Assembly (NCBI GenBank): GCA_002869275.1
Contig: PKTF01000391.1
Span: 1,630-65,629, forward strand
Source: Ignavibacteria bacterium
GTDB taxonomy: Bacteria > Bacteroidota > Ignavibacteria > SZUA-365
Direction: 5' to 3'
DNA: 64,000 nt
The notes under the pieces: model-generated
Seen by the model: only the letters and a program-made list of their open reading frames with translations
Database searches by the model: none
Told to the model about the DNA's origin: nothing
Made by a program: the position numbers and the translations under genes
Part shown: in pieces, positions 38,765 to 49,500 of the stretch
Layout of the letters: each line of letters starts with the position of its first letter
Position numbering within the stretch: the first letter of the stretch is position 1

Positions 38765-39766
38765 TCAGACTTGCAGCAGTTCCTCCGCAGCATCGACAAC
38801 CCGCTCGGCCCGCAGGTCTATCATGCAGACGAAGGTCGCGATCGGACATTCCTTTCCACCGTGGATCCCGCACGGCCGGCACTCCAGTTCGTTGTGCTCG
38901 ACGATGCGAAACGGAACGCCTACCGGGGTAAAGCCAAACGCAGGAACCGTTGCACCGAAGATTTCGACCACCGGCGTCCCCACCGCCGATGCAATATGAA
39001 CGGGCGCACTGTCGTTACTGATCAAGACCCCGGCACTCCGTATCATCGCGGCAGAACCCAGCAGAGAAAGCGCTCCGGCCGCGTTGACGGCGGCAGCACC
39101 CGAACTCGTGATGATTCGCTCGCACAGCGCGTGGTCTTCCTTCCCTCCGATCAGAACCACTGTGTACGCGACGGCGAAGTGCCGCACAATCGCGGCGAAA
39201 CCTTCCTCCGTCCACCTCTTTGTTGCCCAAACCGAACCGGGCGCCACGCAGACATGTGGCCTGCCTGTATCCGGCAGCAGCGCCGCCGCGCTCTGCGCGT
39301 CGTGCTCCGATGGATACAGCCTTGGTGATGTGTCCAACACCGGTGCGCACTCCGCCCTGCGAAGAAGCGACAGATTGCGAACTGCTTCGTGTTCGTTTTG
39401 CCGATAGGATGCTGTGGCCGTATACAGGAATGCGCCCGATGCGGTATCGAACGCTACACGAACCGGTGCGCCGGAAGCTCTGGCAAGGATTGCACTGCGA
39501 AACGACCTGTGTGGAGATAGGCAAAGTGTATACTTCTTTTTCCTGATCTGATTCATCAAAGGAAACAGGCCCGGCTTTCTGTTTCGCTTATCATACACGA
39601 TCAGGTCACGCACAGCGGGATTATTTGCCAGCAGATCTGCGGTAGAAGGGATACAAAGCACATCGATCCGTGAACCCTGGAAGCAGCGGGCCGTCTCCTC
39701 TATCAGCGGTGTCGTAAGGATCAGATCTCCTGCAAACGCCGTTTGAATGATGAGGATATCACTCAT
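38765..39766 (-). CDS. Glycosyltransferase family 9 (LPS heptosyltransferase-like)
   Basis: 333 aa. It starts ILIIQTAFAGDLILTTPLIEE and shows ...GSVWATKRW...VLIGGKED...NDSAPVHIASAVGTPVVEIFG, the typical GT9 pattern. Confidence 0.8.
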   Translation of the reverse strand: MSDILIIQTAFAGDLILTTPLIEETARCFQGSRIDVLCIPSTADLLANNPAVRDLIVYDKRNRKPGLFPLMNQIRKKKYTLCLSPHRSFRSAILARASGAPVRVAFDTASGAFLYTATASYRQNEHEAVRNLSLLRRAECAPVLDTSPRLYPSEHDAQSAAALLPDTGRPHVCVAPGSVWATKRWTEEGFAAIVRHFAVAYTVVLIGGKEDHALCERIITSSGAAAVNAAGALSLLGSAAMIRSAGVLISNDSAPVHIASAVGTPVVEIFGATVPAFGFTPVGVPFRIVEHNELECRPCGIHGGKECPIATFVCMIDLRAERVVDAAEELLQV

Positions 39767-40673
39767 GGTCCGGGTCCTCGATGAGAACGCTCTCTGCGTG
39801 AGGTGTATGTTTCCAGCGCTTGTGCTGCCACAGCCATTGCTCGGGATGCGCGGCGACCATGCGTTCGAGTGCGCGCACGTGCCTCCGTGTCAGTTCGTGC
39901 AGATGTTCCTCGTTCAGCCCCTGCAGGTCCCGTGTCGGAATTTCCTGCAGTATCACGTCGTAATTACCATCCGCAGCCCGTACCGCATAAGTCATGACGA
40001 TCGGGGCGCCAGTCCGGAGAGCGAACGTCGCAGGACCTTCGTACGTGGCCGCGTGCCGACCAAAGAAGCGGACGTACAGGGCGCCGCTCGGACCGCTCTG
40101 ATCCGCGATCAGCGCTACGATACCGCGTTCACGCAGCGTCTTGATGATTTCACGGATGGACAGTCCCAGGTCTACCACCCGGTTTCCGAGCTGTGTGCGC
40201 CACCCTTCCACCAGTGCGTTGACCGAAGGATTATGCAGGGGATGAACGATGACCGTGGCGGTGAAGCCCATGAGGCGCGAGGCGCCGATGGAAAGCCATT
40301 CCCAGTTACCGAAATGCCCGGACATCATGATGAGCCCGTTTCCCCGCCTGCGCGCACGTTCCACAACCTCAGGATTCCTGATACGGAGGACCTCCGGCAG
40401 CCGCTCAAATGTCAGCCGCGGAGTCCACATCAGTTCGAAAATGGTCGTGACCAGGCTCACGTAGCTGCCATAGGCGATGCGTCTGATTTCAGCGTCCTCC
40501 TTTTCAGGGAACGCGCGTCTCAGCTGCTGCAGGGTGAGTTTCTTTCTTATGGAAAGTACGTAGTACACGAATGCCGCCAGTGCCGCCGCGAGCCTTCGGA
40601 CCAGTCCGAGAGGCAGCTGCTGCAGGATGCGCGCGATCGTGAGAAAGAGCAGGTATTCGAGCGTCGATTTCAC
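39759..40673 (-). CDS. Lysophospholipid/lipid A late acyltransferase family (LpxL/HtrB-like)
   Basis: 304 aa with an N-terminal TM helix. The catalytic HFGNWE motif is present, and the C-terminus reads HPEQWLWQHKRWK. The start is GTG. The gene overlaps the GT9 gene by 8 nt. Confidence 0.8.
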   Translation of the reverse strand: MKSTLEYLLFLTIARILQQLPLGLVRRLAAALAAFVYYVLSIRKKLTLQQLRRAFPEKEDAEIRRIAYGSYVSLVTTIFELMWTPRLTFERLPEVLRIRNPEVVERARRRGNGLIMMSGHFGNWEWLSIGASRLMGFTATVIVHPLHNPSVNALVEGWRTQLGNRVVDLGLSIREIIKTLRERGIVALIADQSGPSGALYVRFFGRHAATYEGPATFALRTGAPIVMTYAVRAADGNYDVILQEIPTRDLQGLNEEHLHELTRRHVRALERMVAAHPEQWLWQHKRWKHTPHAESVLIEDPDHE

Positions 40674-40694
40674 GCGGAGTCTCTGGTTGGCTCG

Positions 40695-42065
40695 TTAGTA
40701 CGTCCCGGCGGTGCGCTCCCAATCCGGATTGTAGATTTCGTTTCGTTTCGTGGAATGCACGAGTTCATAGCTGCTGAATCCGCCACGATCGACGAAGATG
40801 AAATCCACACCGCCCTCGATGGCGTCGTACCTCCAGATCTCATGAGGCTTCATGTCGCTCTCGCTGGAGAGACGCTCGACGTAATCCGGTGGGCCGTACA
40901 GCATATACACCCGGCCGCGATCTGAGCGCCAGCCGCTGCGATAGGCCGTCCGGAACTGTTCGCTGCAGATTGCGATGCGCTGGCGGTACTCCTGATAAAA
41001 CTCGTTGATCGGAGTTGCGGGGTCCGGGTCTCGGTCACGCCAGAATTTTGTGAGAAATTTCTTTTTTGCCTCGGAGCCTGTCAGCGCTTCGTAGATATTG
41101 CTTTCTTCCGAGGTCGCGATATAGTTGGCCATGGCATACTGTTCGTCCAGTTCGTCCTCTGCCATGGCACTGAATTCCGCTGCGATGAGATCGGCGATCG
41201 CCGACGCTTCCAGCGTGTCGAGAGGAATATCCGGATTGAAGACGTAGAAGGCCTTGCTCTGCGAATGGAGGTAGTCCCCCGCCGTATCGCCGTAGGAGAG
41301 GATGAGGGTATAGACACCTGTCGGCAGCGGACTCACATTCATCGATCCCACTTCCACGCGAGAGTCGTGCTTGCCCTTTCGCGCACGCACCTTGCTCGAC
41401 ATGGTCTTCCCATAAGACGACACAATCTCGCTCTTGACAAGAAACTGCTCACGGTCCGCTTTGTACAGCTCGATGTAGTACAGGACATTGGGCAGCTGTT
41501 TTCCATAAAGCAGCGTGGGGTTGGGAATGACCTCCAGAGTGTTCTTGTAAAAAATATTTCCGTCGTCCATTTCCTTGCGCTCGATAGACGATGCCAGCTC
41601 CAGGTCACTGTACTTGACTGCGCGCGTGGAGAAGTCACGAACTTCAAAGGGGATCGACACACTGTCGCTGATCAGCGGACGCTTTTCATCGCGGGTCACC
41701 ACGGTGAAGCTGTAGCGTCCGGGTTCGAGAAGGAAATTCACCTTTCCTATCAGCGTTTTCTCGAGCATTCCCGTCGTATCCTCGACACTGATGGGAACGC
41801 GCCAGGATTTGAGAATGGGGTCCTGCTCCGCTTCCTCATCGAGATTGCGAATGATGGAGTGCAGTACCGCTGCGCCGTCGTACCTCCCGTTCACCAGTGA
41901 ATACTCAAGGACACTGCGAGGAAAGGAATAATACATTTCGACGTAACTCGTCTCCTTGTCGTACTGAAACGCAGCCATGTCGATACTGACCTGTATTTGT
42001 GATGGCTGTGCAGCCGCGAGCATGGGAAAACAGAGAGCACAGATAAGTAACAGACGCTTCGTCAT
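40695..42065 (-). CDS. GWxTD domain-containing protein
   Basis: 456 aa with a signal peptide. The C-terminus FWRDRDPDPATPINEF...YRSGWRSDRGRVYMLYGPPDYVE...EIWRY is the GWxTD signature. Confidence 0.8.
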   Translation of the reverse strand: MTKRLLLICALCFPMLAAAQPSQIQVSIDMAAFQYDKETSYVEMYYSFPRSVLEYSLVNGRYDGAAVLHSIIRNLDEEAEQDPILKSWRVPISVEDTTGMLEKTLIGKVNFLLEPGRYSFTVVTRDEKRPLISDSVSIPFEVRDFSTRAVKYSDLELASSIERKEMDDGNIFYKNTLEVIPNPTLLYGKQLPNVLYYIELYKADREQFLVKSEIVSSYGKTMSSKVRARKGKHDSRVEVGSMNVSPLPTGVYTLILSYGDTAGDYLHSQSKAFYVFNPDIPLDTLEASAIADLIAAEFSAMAEDELDEQYAMANYIATSEESNIYEALTGSEAKKKFLTKFWRDRDPDPATPINEFYQEYRQRIAICSEQFRTAYRSGWRSDRGRVYMLYGPPDYVERLSSESDMKPHEIWRYDAIEGGVDFIFVDRGGFSSYELVHSTKRNEIYNPDWERTAGTY

Positions 42066-42168
42066 GGTTCCATCCTATTTGTACGCGGAATTACTCCTGA
42101 GGGAGTCTTTCTAAACTAGTAATACGGCGTTAGAAAGCAACCCGTTTCGACGGACAGGGGAAAACGGC

Positions 42169-42193
42169 GAAGGGCCCCGAAACGGGGCCCTTC
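42169..42193 (-). terminator. Candidate terminator/processing hairpin between the PorV-like and GWxTD genes
   Basis: GAAGGGCCCCG-AAA-CGGGGCCCTTC is a perfect 11-bp stem. The U-tract on the minus strand is weak (GCCGTTTTCC). Confidence 0.5.
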
Positions 42194-42214
42194 TGACAAT
42201 GATGAACCTGCGGA

Positions 42215-43264
42215 TTAGAAACCGAGGTTAACGGTAATCACGTGGTTACCGTCAAAAGTTTTCATGTGGCGATAGGCATAGTCGACACCGATCTGCAGAT
42301 CGCCGGCATCGAGATTCACGCCTGCACCGAATGCGGCATCGTATTCGTAGGCACCCTCATCGAAGGCATTGTCAGGCTCATCGCCGGCCATGTTGTACGA
42401 GCCCCGGAGGAAGAAGAAGTTCCGGAATGAATACTCGACACCGACGCGATACTGATCCGTGATGAAGTTGTTGTTCTCGAAGGATCCCGCGAAGGTGAAA
42501 TTGTGCAGCTCCGCCAGAGTGCGCGTGTAAGCAACACCGAGTTCGAGAGATGTCGGGAGGCTGAAACCTGCCGCTTCGATGCGCAGGAGCTGCGGGTCGC
42601 GCTTGCTGTCGAGCTCATCCACACGGCGGGTCAGACCTGCACCCTCGTACTGCACATTGCCACCGAGGTGACGGAGGGTCACGCCGATACCAAGACCGCG
42701 AACACCTGCGAGTCCCTGATACTGCACACCGATGTCGAAGGACGCGGTGGCAGCCGAAACACGATACATGTCTTCGCTGACGAGGTATGCCGAGACACCG
42801 GCACGAATGCGATCGGTAAGCGCGCGCGCATATGTTACACCCAGAGCGACGAACGTCGGCGACCAGGTCGCGCCCGTGCCGTCGGGGCTGGTTTCATCCG
42901 TCAGATCGATGTCGCCGAAAGAGAGCGATTTTACGGAGAAGGCCAGATGGCCGAAGCCTCCGAACTCCGCTCCGACTGCGGCATAATCCACGCCGATGTC
43001 ACCGAAGGATGAGGTGTGTGAGAACAGGGCTTCGGCAGAATTCTTCGTTGCCGCGAGGCCTGCAGGATTGAAATAGATGGCATTGAGGCCAGAGATGCCC
43101 GCACTGTAGGAACTTCCGAGCGCGATACCCCGCGCACCGACGGGAACCAACAACTGGTCCGCTCCCGCAGTACCTGAGCGGTCACCACCTCCGGCGGTCG
43201 CGGTGGCGCTGATCAGAACGAGCGCCATCAACACAGCCAGGAAAGATGAAAGCGTAGTACGCAT
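42215..43264 (-). CDS. PorV/PorQ-family outer-membrane beta-barrel (T9SS-associated)
   Basis: I chose the start at MRTTLSSFLAVL, which is preceded by GGAG. GTAGADQLLVPVGARGIALGSSYSAGISGLNAIYFNPAGLA matches the PorV/PorQ N-terminal signature. The C-terminal ...NLGF has an aromatic end. Confidence 0.7.
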   Translation of the reverse strand: MRTTLSSFLAVLMALVLISATATAGGGDRSGTAGADQLLVPVGARGIALGSSYSAGISGLNAIYFNPAGLAATKNSAEALFSHTSSFGDIGVDYAAVGAEFGGFGHLAFSVKSLSFGDIDLTDETSPDGTGATWSPTFVALGVTYARALTDRIRAGVSAYLVSEDMYRVSAATASFDIGVQYQGLAGVRGLGIGVTLRHLGGNVQYEGAGLTRRVDELDSKRDPQLLRIEAAGFSLPTSLELGVAYTRTLAELHNFTFAGSFENNNFITDQYRVGVEYSFRNFFFLRGSYNMAGDEPDNAFDEGAYEYDAAFGAGVNLDAGDLQIGVDYAYRHMKTFDGNHVITVNLGF

Positions 43265-43334
43265 GATTAATCTCCTATATGATGTATCTGATTCACAACG
43301 ATTGTTCATATGCATGTGTTGCTGCCCGCCGGGC

Positions 43335-46300
43335 TTAGATGCGGTCGAGGTACTGGGCCTCGCTCACGACACCAAGCTTCAGCACCTTTTCAGTGCCGAG
43401 ATCGGGCATCTCGATATGAATAATGTAGACACCGCTCGCAACGGGGAGGCCGTTGTCGTTTTGGAGATCCCATGTGGCAAGCTGTGAACCGTCATCAACC
43501 TTTCTGAAGCTGGCGACCAGTGCTCCCGACACCGTGTAGATGCGGAAGTTGGCACGCGCTGGAAGGTGGTTGAAGGTCACAAAACGCTGATACTTGTTCA
43601 GCTCTTGCTCGTTGGATCCCAGGTATGGATTCGGGAAGACCTGGATTTCCTCCACGTCCTCCATGGCATTCTCCATGCTGAACGAGGGTTTCGGGGTTGT
43701 GAATGTAAATACATCGTCGCTGCTGAATGCGACATTGGGCACCCAAACCAGTTTGTCTCCATCCTGGAACGGGTACAGAGTTCCATCTGCATCTGCGGTC
43801 TGCTCAGGCCACCAGGCATAGAGAATTGGCATGTTGCCTGCGTTGGCGGTAAGAGTAAACTCGGGATCCACCCATTCAGCATTGGGCGTCTCACTGTACG
43901 GAACATCGAGAATGAATAGATACTCGCGATCACTCCATGCGATAGGATTCCAAATGTTATCCTGGGTTGGTCCGTCCTGCGCCTCGACAAAGGCGTAACT
44001 GAGCTGCACAGGATTGTCTTCGTCGGTCACATCCCAGATGGTCATGGGTGAAGGATGGTATCCGACACAGCCGTAGCTGGGGGTACCACCACGAACGAAA
44101 ACGTATCCGTTGGACGTTACATTTCGGTCCCAGCGGATTTCCACAATCTTCTTGATATCGTATCCTGGGATCGAACTTCCGAAGAAGTCATATCCCGGCA
44201 GGAAGTAATGCTGGAAATCGTAATAGACCTGCGGACCACCTTCCCAGTACACGTCGAGGATCTCATTTCCGGTCTGGTAAACACCTGAGCCTAAAAGGCC
44301 GATCTGGAAGCCATCGAGCGTATAATAGCTCGTCGACAGTCCGCCGTATCCGGTCGCGTTGGCAATCAGGTCTATGCTTTGCGTCGTGTTGGCGAGATTC
44401 CATCCATAGGAGTCGAACTCCAGCATTTCGCCGCCGTAATCGACTTCGACCTTGCCCTGCGAAGTGAAGGTCACGGCATAGGAATCGCCGGTCAGAGCGG
44501 ACGGATCGACGACTTTAACAAGGACCGAACCGGTGGAGAGTCCTTCAGTGTGCATCACCTGCAGGTTCTCACCCAACTCGGCACCTGCACGGTAGCCGGG
44601 ATCCATGATCTGTGGACGTACCTCGAAGATACTCGGCGTCGACTCGAGCTGACGTGGCGTCGCCTCGTCGTCGGTATTATACGAGTACGCGGTCACGGCA
44701 AAGTAATACGGCTGGTTGTTGACCAGCGGACGGTCCGTGATAGCATCGCTCGTGATTTCAAGCAAACGCTCGATGCCGGAATCCGTACCGAACTGCACGG
44801 GCAGGACGACGACGGCGCCGGTCTTGTTGTCGATGACTTCGTCAAAAATGGTCGCGATGTTATCGATGACATCGAACGTTGCGATGCGCTTTGCATCATC
44901 GATGGTTGAACTCGACGAAGGGAACTGGTACACGTTGTATCCCTGGAACCCGTAGCCACGATCAATGTAGCTTTCCGTTGCTTTGACGCCGTTGGGATCA
45001 CCCCACATGAGAATGATCTTGTTGTTCTGCAACGACGATGTCACGCGCGGCGCGGGCGGCGCCTTCGGCAGGTCGAAGTTGTTGTCGAACGCCAGCTGTG
45101 CGAAACGATCATAATACTTCAGGACCTGGAGGCTGGAGATACGGTCGGAACCGCGTCCCACGATGCGGGAAACGACAACTTCCTGCTTGTTGATCTTTCC
45201 ATTGGCCAGATCAGTGTCCTTGTTCAGGGTGAACGGACCGGTCGTCATCAACATGCGGCGATCATCCGGTGCATTGACGATTCCGTCAATCCACCCGGTC
45301 TTGGTAATCGGATCACCGGCGAGGGTGACTTTGACCTCTTCATTCGTGGTCGGATCGATGAAGGGCTGTCCGTCGTACAACTTCGACTGCAGATAATTGT
45401 ACATCTGGATGGCGCCTTCAGGAATACCGAGATCCGGATCCTGGTACACGGGGTCAGAATTGATATAGAACGCGAAGGACGACACCTGCAGATTCTTCCA
45501 CCCGGCAAGTTTGCCAAAGTTGTAGATCGCCTCGTCGCCGGGCTCACCCGGCACGACCGGACCCTGGAAAAAGTCATAGCCCGCTGCGGGCGGCACACCG
45601 TAGACATCGTCCTTGGCGAGACCGTTGTAGCAGAAGCCCAGAGAAAGCGTGGTGTCGATACCGACAAGGTCATCAGCGGCGTCACCGAGATCGGGATCCG
45701 ACCACAGTGCGAAGTAAGCGTCTTCGAGATCGGAAATACCGCGGTTGATCACGGTATACTTCGCGAACACCATGTTGCCGAGAGGACCGGTCTGATTGTA
45801 CCCCCACACGAGAGTCTGCACTTCGACTCCGATCGGTGCCGTGCCGTACAGGTCGGTAGTGCGGGAGGGATCGAGGTCGTTCGAAACAAACCACAGGACC
45901 TCGTCGCCGATGAACCACGGGGAGTCTGCGTTTTCGTCGCCGCTCAACCAGGCGTCGAAATCGGGATTATAGCTGCCGTTGTTATCCCCATCGGTATAGG
46001 GGGCACCAATCGCGGCCGGCCATTCGAGAAAGTCCTTCTCGAGACGCGCCCGCTCTTCAGCCGTCATCTGACCATATGCGTCACGATCAACGAGACGTAC
46101 TTTATAGATGCGGTGTGTCGGATCGTTCGCATCTGCCGGGGTACCATCACCTTTGATGTTACCCGCCTGCAGGCCCTGAACATAGGTTGATCCGCCGATG
46201 CGAATCTCACCCTCGACCTTGCCGCCCCAGATGAGTCCGTCCTGGAAGATGGCATACTTTGCACTTCCGGCCGGCCATTCCAGGCCCGAGCCGTCTGTGA

Positions 46301-46496
46301 GGGGATTATGTGATGTGGCTCCGTTATTCGAAATCCACATCAGAATGTTATTGATGGAAATGAAGTCATAAACGTCGTTAGATGCAGATTTCTGCAGTTT
46401 ACCGCGGTCCTTGCCGCCCTCATGCTCCCCGGCCTGAATATCGGCCGCGAAACAGAGCAACATGAGCAGCAGGAACAACCTTCCAAACATTTTCAT
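43335..46496 (-). CDS. Large secreted protein of unknown function with a T9SS C-terminal sorting domain
   Basis: About 1053 aa. The start MKMFGRLFLLLMLLCF lies 7 nt after AAGGAG. An FN3-like module is LPKAPPAPRVTSSLQNNKIILMWGDP...GYNVYQF...YYFAVTAYS. The CTD is VFPNPY...FRIYTVSGALV...SGVYIIHIE. I recognise no catalytic motif. Confidence 0.8.
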   Translation of the reverse strand: MKMFGRLFLLLMLLCFAADIQAGEHEGGKDRGKLQKSASNDVYDFISINNILMWISNNGATSHNPLTDGSGLEWPAGSAKYAIFQDGLIWGGKVEGEIRIGGSTYVQGLQAGNIKGDGTPADANDPTHRIYKVRLVDRDAYGQMTAEERARLEKDFLEWPAAIGAPYTDGDNNGSYNPDFDAWLSGDENADSPWFIGDEVLWFVSNDLDPSRTTDLYGTAPIGVEVQTLVWGYNQTGPLGNMVFAKYTVINRGISDLEDAYFALWSDPDLGDAADDLVGIDTTLSLGFCYNGLAKDDVYGVPPAAGYDFFQGPVVPGEPGDEAIYNFGKLAGWKNLQVSSFAFYINSDPVYQDPDLGIPEGAIQMYNYLQSKLYDGQPFIDPTTNEEVKVTLAGDPITKTGWIDGIVNAPDDRRMLMTTGPFTLNKDTDLANGKINKQEVVVSRIVGRGSDRISSLQVLKYYDRFAQLAFDNNFDLPKAPPAPRVTSSLQNNKIILMWGDPNGVKATESYIDRGYGFQGYNVYQFPSSSSTIDDAKRIATFDVIDNIATIFDEVIDNKTGAVVVLPVQFGTDSGIERLLEITSDAITDRPLVNNQPYYFAVTAYSYNTDDEATPRQLESTPSIFEVRPQIMDPGYRAGAELGENLQVMHTEGLSTGSVLVKVVDPSALTGDSYAVTFTSQGKVEVDYGGEMLEFDSYGWNLANTTQSIDLIANATGYGGLSTSYYTLDGFQIGLLGSGVYQTGNEILDVYWEGGPQVYYDFQHYFLPGYDFFGSSIPGYDIKKIVEIRWDRNVTSNGYVFVRGGTPSYGCVGYHPSPMTIWDVTDEDNPVQLSYAFVEAQDGPTQDNIWNPIAWSDREYLFILDVPYSETPNAEWVDPEFTLTANAGNMPILYAWWPEQTADADGTLYPFQDGDKLVWVPNVAFSSDDVFTFTTPKPSFSMENAMEDVEEIQVFPNPYLGSNEQELNKYQRFVTFNHLPARANFRIYTVSGALVASFRKVDDGSQLATWDLQNDNGLPVASGVYIIHIEMPDLGTEKVLKLGVVSEAQYLDRI

Positions 46497-46556
46497 GCCC
46501 ATTCTCCTTGTATTACTTCTACGATAATTCATCTGTTGACCAACGTCCGATGGTGA

Positions 46557-49500
46557 TTAAAAATCGATTCTCAGACCGAGGCGCACCTGCCGCGGCGGGC
46601 CGTAGAGAGGTGCATTCATGACGTTCGTCTGATAGTAGTATTCACGATAGAGATCGGAATACACACTGCCATAGGCCTCATACGCCTGTACGAGCTGGTT
46701 ACCTGTCGTCGTGCTCAGGTAGCCATCATCACTGGCGCTGCCGGACTGAATAAAGACATCGGTCACGTTCCTGGTGTCAAGCAGGTTGACCACCCAGACG
46801 TAGAAGTTGAAATCGAGAGAGGCGATAGTCACTGTTTTGTCAAGACGGGCATCGAGCTGGAAGTTCCACGGGGTGCGGGACTCGTTCAGCACTTCGACGG
46901 GCTGACGGCGGTTGTCATAACTGTTCTCATCAACGAGGGTGTAAGGATGACCACTGTTGAATGTGAACAGCATGTTGAGTCCGAGATTCTCGAATGGATG
47001 CATTCCGCCGATCTCAGGACCGTCATTGTTCGAGAATCGATAGTCGATGTTCAGCGCACCGCGATGCGTCTGGTCGAAATCGAGTGACGTCGTGTATTTC
47101 GGGAGATACGGGGTTTCCGTCGGGGAGAGCCAGAGCGCGCGGAAAGCGCTCGACGGGGCAGAGCCGGTTCCGCGGGCGTCGGCATACGTATAGTCGATCG
47201 AAGCCTGTATGCGCTCGGTGCGGCGCAGATCGATCTTCAGAGAGAGACCCGAGGTCGTGGCGAAGTCGCCGTTAATCCATGCAAAATATGCACGGTGCTG
47301 CGCACCTGAGGCGGCAGGGATCTGCTGCTGCTGAATCTGGTCGCGGATATCCTTGTAGAACGCTCCGATATCAAACGCGAGATTTTCGCCGATCTGCTGG
47401 CGGAAACCGAAGTCATACTGAATTGTGGTTTCCGGACGAAGGCCGTAACCCACCGGATTCTGAATCGCGTAGCCGCCACGAATATTGTTGGCGGAAATCG
47501 CGCTTCCCAGGTAGACATCGCGCAAACGAGACTGCTGCACGAACTTACCGTACTGTGCGTAGAACACCGTCTGGTCAGTCACAGGGAAGGAGAAACCGAG
47601 ACGCGGACTGAACGTTGACGAAGCCTCGACATCCTTGAGGTTGTCGTCCTTCTGGCTGATGAGTCCTTCCTCATCAAACTTGATCTTATTCGGATCCACG
47701 AACTCCTTCGTGTCGGTATCGATGAAATCCCAGCGAAGACCGACATTGATGATCAGATCCTCCAGCTCAATTTTGTCAAGAGCGTAAACAGAAGCGAACA
47801 CCGGTTTCTTCGGTCCGTTCGCACCGTCATCAACCGGGATACCCCACTCATTGTATCCGTAGTTGTTCGTACGAGAACTGACGGCGATCTGTCCATCCGT
47901 CGCGTCGGGATTGTTACGAACAAAGCTTCGAAGAGTAAATGGGGTGATATCAAACTGGCGTACGTCGTACTGCGACGCTTCACCACCGAGCTTGATTTCA
48001 TGCGTGCGTCCGATCTGATGCACGAAGTTCAGCTTTGCGCTGATCGACGAGTAGCGATCCTTCTGATAGGCATACCCACGCGCTGGCGAACCATACACTT
48101 CGTACTGGTCGCCGAAGAGCTCGATGGGCAGGGGGCCGATGCCGTCGCCACGGAACTCATAGCCGAGCGGGGAGTTGGCGGCAGAGTCACCGTACGCGAA
48201 GAGATCATGCTGGTGATACGGATCCATCGCCAGGTTGAAGTTGCCGAAATAGTTCACGAAGATTTCGTAGAACGTGTTCTGGCTCAGAAGATGTGTCATC
48301 TTCAGGTTGGCGCTGTAATTTTCAGACTCCGTCTGCAGCGCGCGATGCTGATTGCCGTACGAAATGTTCTCGCCGGTGTTGTAGAACCACTGCTGTGCAG
48401 TCTGGTCGAAATAGGCCGTGCGACCGACCTGATATCCGCGCTGCACCGGACCGTCCACCGGTACCGGATTCGTTGTACCGACCGTGTAATCTCCGTCGCG
48501 AACCGTTGAGTACCCGTAGGTACCGCCGACCCGAATGTTGATCGGGTTGAGATCGATGGTCAGGTTACCGTTGAGAGCGTAGGCTTCCTGGGCATTATTA
48601 TAGATCAGGCCGCCGGGGTAGGTGAAGTCCACCTTCTTCGCCGCCGATCCCAGTCGGGGATCGAAGATGCCGACCTTGGCTTGCTCCTCTGGAGCGAGCA
48701 CGGCATGCGCAGCGGTGGACCGCAGAGCCATGTCGTACTTGTTTGCCAGGTCCATCGGATCACGGTACTGCGCCGGTGTGCGCTGGAAGGTGTTCTGTCC
48801 CGCAACGAAGAAACGGACAGGACCGACGAGCGGACCAGCGGCAGTCATGACGTACTGGCTCAGGCCGTAGTTATACGATCCGAGGAAATTCTCCTCACCC
48901 GGAGTCCCCCAGCTGTCGGTGTAGGCTTCAAGTCCGAACTGGTATTTACGGGATCCGGTGCGTGTGGTCGTGCTGATCAGACCACCGTTTGCTCCGCCGA
49001 ATTCCGCGGAATAGCCACCCGCCTGGAAGTTCACCTCTGCGATGGCATTGTTGATGACGGTGAGGGAACGTCCGCCATACACAGGGTCGTTGACATTCAC
49101 ACCGTCAACGATGTACCCGGTCATGTCACCACGGCTTCCGCGCACGTGCAGATCGCCGTCCTGGCTGACGGTTCCCGCCTGGAGGGCCGCAATATTCTCG
49201 ACACCGCGCACGGGAAGATTTTCAATCTCCTCCTGGGTAACGGTGCTCTTGCTGTTCGTCACGTTCTTGTCGACGAGCGGCTTTTCTGCGATGATCTCGA
49301 CTTCTCCGACTTTGAAAGCCTCGCTGGGAAGCCGGAAATCTGTCGATGTTGTCTCGTTCGACTTGATCAGAATGTCACGGATGGTGATCTGCTGATATCC
49401 GATGTAGCTGCTGACGAGGGTGACCTTGCCAATGGGGACGTTCAAAATGACGTACTCACCATTGATGTTGGTGGCAGCACCGCGATCCGTGCCTTCAATC

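Noticed and set aside
43265-43315. 17-codon N-terminal extension of the PorV-like ORF; the similar extension 46497-46532 of the 1053-aa cargo ORF
   Set aside because: The internal ATGs are preceded by GGAG/AAGGAG at proper spacing and start directly with signal-peptide-like sequences. The extensions are hydrophilic and lack ribosome-binding sites.
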